Below, one piece after another: positions 61,096 to 64,000 of a DNA stretch of 64,000 bases. The notes below the pieces were generated by a model. The model made no database searches, was not told the DNA's origin, and saw only the letters and a list, made by a program, of their open reading frames with translations. A program made the position numbers and the translations under genes. Source of the stretch: Candidatus Poribacteria bacterium (GTDB taxonomy: Bacteria > Poribacteria > WGA-4E > WGA-3G); NCBI GenBank assembly GCA_965215265.1, contig OZ244048.1:4192001-4256000 (forward strand). The letters are read 5' to 3'. Within the stretch, counting starts at the first letter, position 1. Every line of letters starts with the position of its first letter.

Positions 61096-62241
61096 CTACC
61101 AGTCTGCCACGCTACCATCGGTATCGTAGTAAAACTCGCCACCGAGTTCTTCCGTACAGATGTCTAAATTCTGCTCTGCTTCTTTTTCGTTAATTTCAAA
61201 CCCAAGCCCCGGCTTTGTGGGTAATTCAATGTGCCCATCTTTAACCTGCCACTCTTCAGTCAGCAGCCCTGCCCCCAAACCGTTATCGATCTGTTCTTGA
61301 ATGAGGAAGTTTGGGACCACGGCATCTACGTGGAGAGAAGCGGAAAAAGCGACAGGGCCGATGGCGCAATGCGGCGCGATGTGCATGTAGTAGACCTCGG
61401 CCATGTTCGCAATCTTTTTGAGCTCCGTTATACCGCCAGCGTGAGAAGCATCCGGCTGTAAGTAAGCTACCGCCTGTTTCTCAAAAATTTCGCGAAATCC
61501 CCAGCGGGTGAGCAGTCGCTCCCCCGTAGCTATAGGAAATGGCACGTGATCAGAAACCTGTTTCAGGGCATCAACGTTTTCCTGCGGAATCGGCTCCTCT
61601 ACAAACATCGGACGCATGCCTTTGAGTTCATGGCAGATTTCAATCGCGAGCGCAGGAGTCATCTTGCCGTGAAAATCAAAGGCGAGTTCAACATCGGGAC
61701 CTACCCACTCGCGCATCAGATAGGCACGCTCCACAAAAGCATCAATAACCGCCGGGGGTTCATGCGCACGCCATTTCCCACCAGGACCGCTTTTAAAGGC
61801 TTTGTATCCCCCCTTCTGCTGTAAAAACTCTAACCGTTGCTTGGCTGAAGCTTGCCCCTCATCTGTCAAACTCCCAATTCCCCAATGTGCGTAGACGCGA
61901 ATTCTGTCACGAACAGCACCGCCTAAGAGTTGATACGTTGGTACATCGTAGTACTTACCGGCTATATCCCACAATGCCTGATCTATGCCAGATAATGCTG
62001 ACATCAGGATGTTACCACCCCTGAAGAATGCAGAACGATAGACGTGTTGCCAATGGTGTTCAATGCGCAACGGGTCTTTACCGATGAAATAGTCCGACAG
62101 CTCGTCAACCGCGGCACAAGTACTTTTGGGTTTGCCTTCAAGTGTCGTCTCTCCCCAACCAATAATACCGGTATCGGTTGTGATTTTGACGAGCCGCATT
62201 CGGGAACGCGGAAAAAATTGTTCAATTCTAGCAATTTTCAT
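61096..62241 (-). CDS. dgoD: Galactonate dehydratase-like enzyme (mandelate racemase/MLE superfamily)
   Basis: SGIDQALWDI.GK, LLGGAVRDRI, DFHG, FVEEP, ATGERL, APHC. Confidence 0.75.
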   Translation of the reverse strand: MKIARIEQFFPRSRMRLVKITTDTGIIGWGETTLEGKPKSTCAAVDELSDYFIGKDPLRIEHHWQHVYRSAFFRGGNILMSALSGIDQALWDIAGKYYDVPTYQLLGGAVRDRIRVYAHWGIGSLTDEGQASAKQRLEFLQQKGGYKAFKSGPGGKWRAHEPPAVIDAFVERAYLMREWVGPDVELAFDFHGKMTPALAIEICHELKGMRPMFVEEPIPQENVDALKQVSDHVPFPIATGERLLTRWGFREIFEKQAVAYLQPDASHAGGITELKKIANMAEVYYMHIAPHCAIGPVAFSASLHVDAVVPNFLIQEQIDNGLGAGLLTEEWQVKDGHIELPTKPGLGFEINEKEAEQNLDICTEELGGEFYYDTDGSVADW

Positions 62242-62483
62242 TTTTTTTCGTATATCTCCGTACCGTCAACGCTTTTTCGTATACTGGAGCCCTACACCGC
62301 CTGATGTTTTTTCGTATAGTGCAGCACAACACCAATCTATGCTATGATAACCCTTGTACAAATCTCGTCGCCCACCCACCCAAATCCTTTCTATGCTATG
62401 AATCTAAACATCTAAAGGCTCCGGCGAGATTTGTAAGGGGTTTAATATAGCAGCAACTAGCATTGGGCTCCTATATACAAAAA
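62242..62483. repeat. Palindromic repeat element between divergent genes
   Basis: Reverse-complement right arm TTCGTATATCTCCGTACC abuts the minus-strand ATG; GGCGAGATTTGTAAGGGG...GGGCTCCTATATACAAAA at the other end. Confidence 0.85.
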
Positions 62484-62523
62484 GATTGAAAACCGAATGA
62501 TGCTGTAGATAGGATAAGCCAAC

Positions 62524-64000
62524 ATGAAGAAAATATCAATATTTTTTCTCTGTTTTTTATTATTTTTTAGCAATAGTTCTCTGAGTCAAGAGAGACTTGA
62601 TATTGGAGAATCAATACATCTAACTTTTAAAGTCCTAGGTTGGCAGCCTAAAGATGCTGTCGGTATTAAATATCCGGGTCGTGTCTCCAAGGAGCGGATA
62701 CAAGGAGATCTGAGTGCCTTAGCACAAGCACACGGCTGGAGGTATTTTGAAAACGCCTTAGAGATTACGTCTGAAAAAGGCAATAAAGTGGCGTGGCAAA
62801 GTGGAGTTCTTTCAGAAAAACAGCATCTTGCTATGCACTTTACACTCAACTTTCAAAAGCTGCGAGAGCAGTTTCAAGATGCTGATAGCATTATTATTGA
62901 TATCATCGGTAAAAACGGATTTACCTATCGGGATGCCTTTACACCTGTCGAGGCTATGAATAACGGCGTTGAATTGCAGAATCAGAAGAGGTATAGCGAA
63001 TTTACATTCCACAAAAGTTGGAGTGGGATGGCAACTTACCAAATTCGCTATACCCTTCACCTTTCACAATTATCTGCAAAGGTTATCTTGCCAACACTTA
63101 AAGCTGAGACATCATTTTCCAAGACGTGGTTGTTCAAGATAAGTCCACTTCTAATACTTCTAATCTTATTACCTGGAGTAACCCTTTATTTATTCATTAG
63201 GCAAGGTCTATCCCGCGACGAACGCGGTAAACTTAGGAACTCACCCCTCCAAGGGGGTATACTAAGTTTTGAAATCCACCTCGGTATGGCAATAACTCTT
63301 CATCTTGGTTGTGCAGAGGTATGTTCTGCATTAATGCGAAACGCACTTTTAGGAGTTATCTTTGGTGTTTTTCCAGTCGGCTTAGCTTCAGGTCTAATTA
63401 TTTTCCTGATTGTCCACCACTACGAAAAAGACGTGCGTGGCACCACCTGGAGTTTTCGTGAAAACTTCCTTACCAATCTGCGGATGATGGTTTTAAGTAC
63501 GCCTGCCCTGCTACTTCCGTTCTGCTTCTTTGCGACACAGAAAGCCTTCCCACACTTACCATTTTTTGTCTTCGGGCTCCTCCTTTTAGCACAATACGCA
63601 CTATTGACGGCACTTTTCGCCTGTGTGATACCTTTTGCCTTAGGTTGGGTCTGGAAAGGAAAACCTTTAGAAGACAGCACACTTCGGCAACGCCTACATC
63701 AACTCGCAGATAAGGCAGGCGTAGCTTATAGAGACATCATCTTACTGCGAACTCAAAGCAGTAAGTTAGCCAACGCCTGGGTTGCAGGTATCCTCCCGCA
63801 GTGGCGTTCGGTATTTCTAACGGATTACCTGCTTGAACATCTGACACCGGAGGAGATTGAAACTATTTTTGCTCATGAGTTGGGACATATCAAACATCGG
63901 CATCTGCTGAAGCAGGTGGCGTGGATAGTTCTCGGGTTCGGGGGGCAATTACTCCTCATACACTTGAGCCTTTTACTCTTTGACTCACTGCCTATGTTAC
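62524..64000 (+). CDS. M48 (HtpX/Ste24-like) membrane zinc metalloprotease, runs off the window end
   Basis: Not in the ORF track; frame from ATG 62524 (MKKISIFFLC...) matches ANAWVAG...FAHELGHIKH (HExxH) near 63870. Confidence 0.8.
   Translation, partial: MKKISIFFLCFLLFFSNSSLSQERLDIGESIHLTFKVLGWQPKDAVGIKYPGRVSKERIQGDLSALAQAHGWRYFENALEITSEKGNKVAWQSGVLSEKQHLAMHFTLNFQKLREQFQDADSIIIDIIGKNGFTYRDAFTPVEAMNNGVELQNQKRYSEFTFHKSWSGMATYQIRYTLHLSQLSAKVILPTLKAETSFSKTWLFKISPLLILLILLPGVTLYLFIRQGLSRDERGKLRNSPLQGGILSFEIHLGMAITLHLGCAEVCSALMRNALLGVIFGVFPVGLASGLIIFLIVHHYEKDVRGTTWSFRENFLTNLRMMVLSTPALLLPFCFFATQKAFPHLPFFVFGLLLLAQYALLTALFACVIPFALGWVWKGKPLEDSTLRQRLHQLADKAGVAYRDIILLRTQSSKLANAWVAGILPQWRSVFLTDYLLEHLTPEEIETIFAHELGHIKHRHLLKQVAWIVLGFGGQLLLIHLSLLLFDSLPML

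Overview
Bacterial chromosomal window, mostly + strand, with about 45 genes. The gene mix suggests Candidatus Poribacteria; this is an inference from 3 PhyH dioxygenases, 2 sulfatases, DUF1549/1553 + DUF1501, an internalin-like LRR protein, and secreted proteins ending in V-x-P-x-x-K-L-x-x-x-W-G-x-x-K. Core genes are phoH-ybeY-hlyC/corC-tRNA-Pro(CGG)-recO and a fused glyQS. A TonB receptor / ArnT-like glycosyltransferase / T9SS-CTD-like protein / PorV-like barrel / sulfatase block lies between recO and glyQS. The most striking unexplained structure is a dispersed, modular palindromic repeat family built from 61-bp arms bounded by CGAGATTT and TA[T/G]AC[G/A]AAA. It occupies about 17 loci (roughly 7% of the window), forms tandem arrays with constant boxes and swappable middles, sits in-frame in the GlyQS linker, and appears to supply start codons, RBS-like sequences and stop codons to neighbouring genes. 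Also found: an ArsC-like selenoprotein (UxxC plus SECIS-like hairpin) that the ORF track truncates; two genes put out of frame by one extra C in a poly-C tract (a type IIG R-M gene and an LRR surface protein); a structured ~270-nt leader; and a separate 128-bp tandem repeat. All calls were made by eye and no databases were searched.
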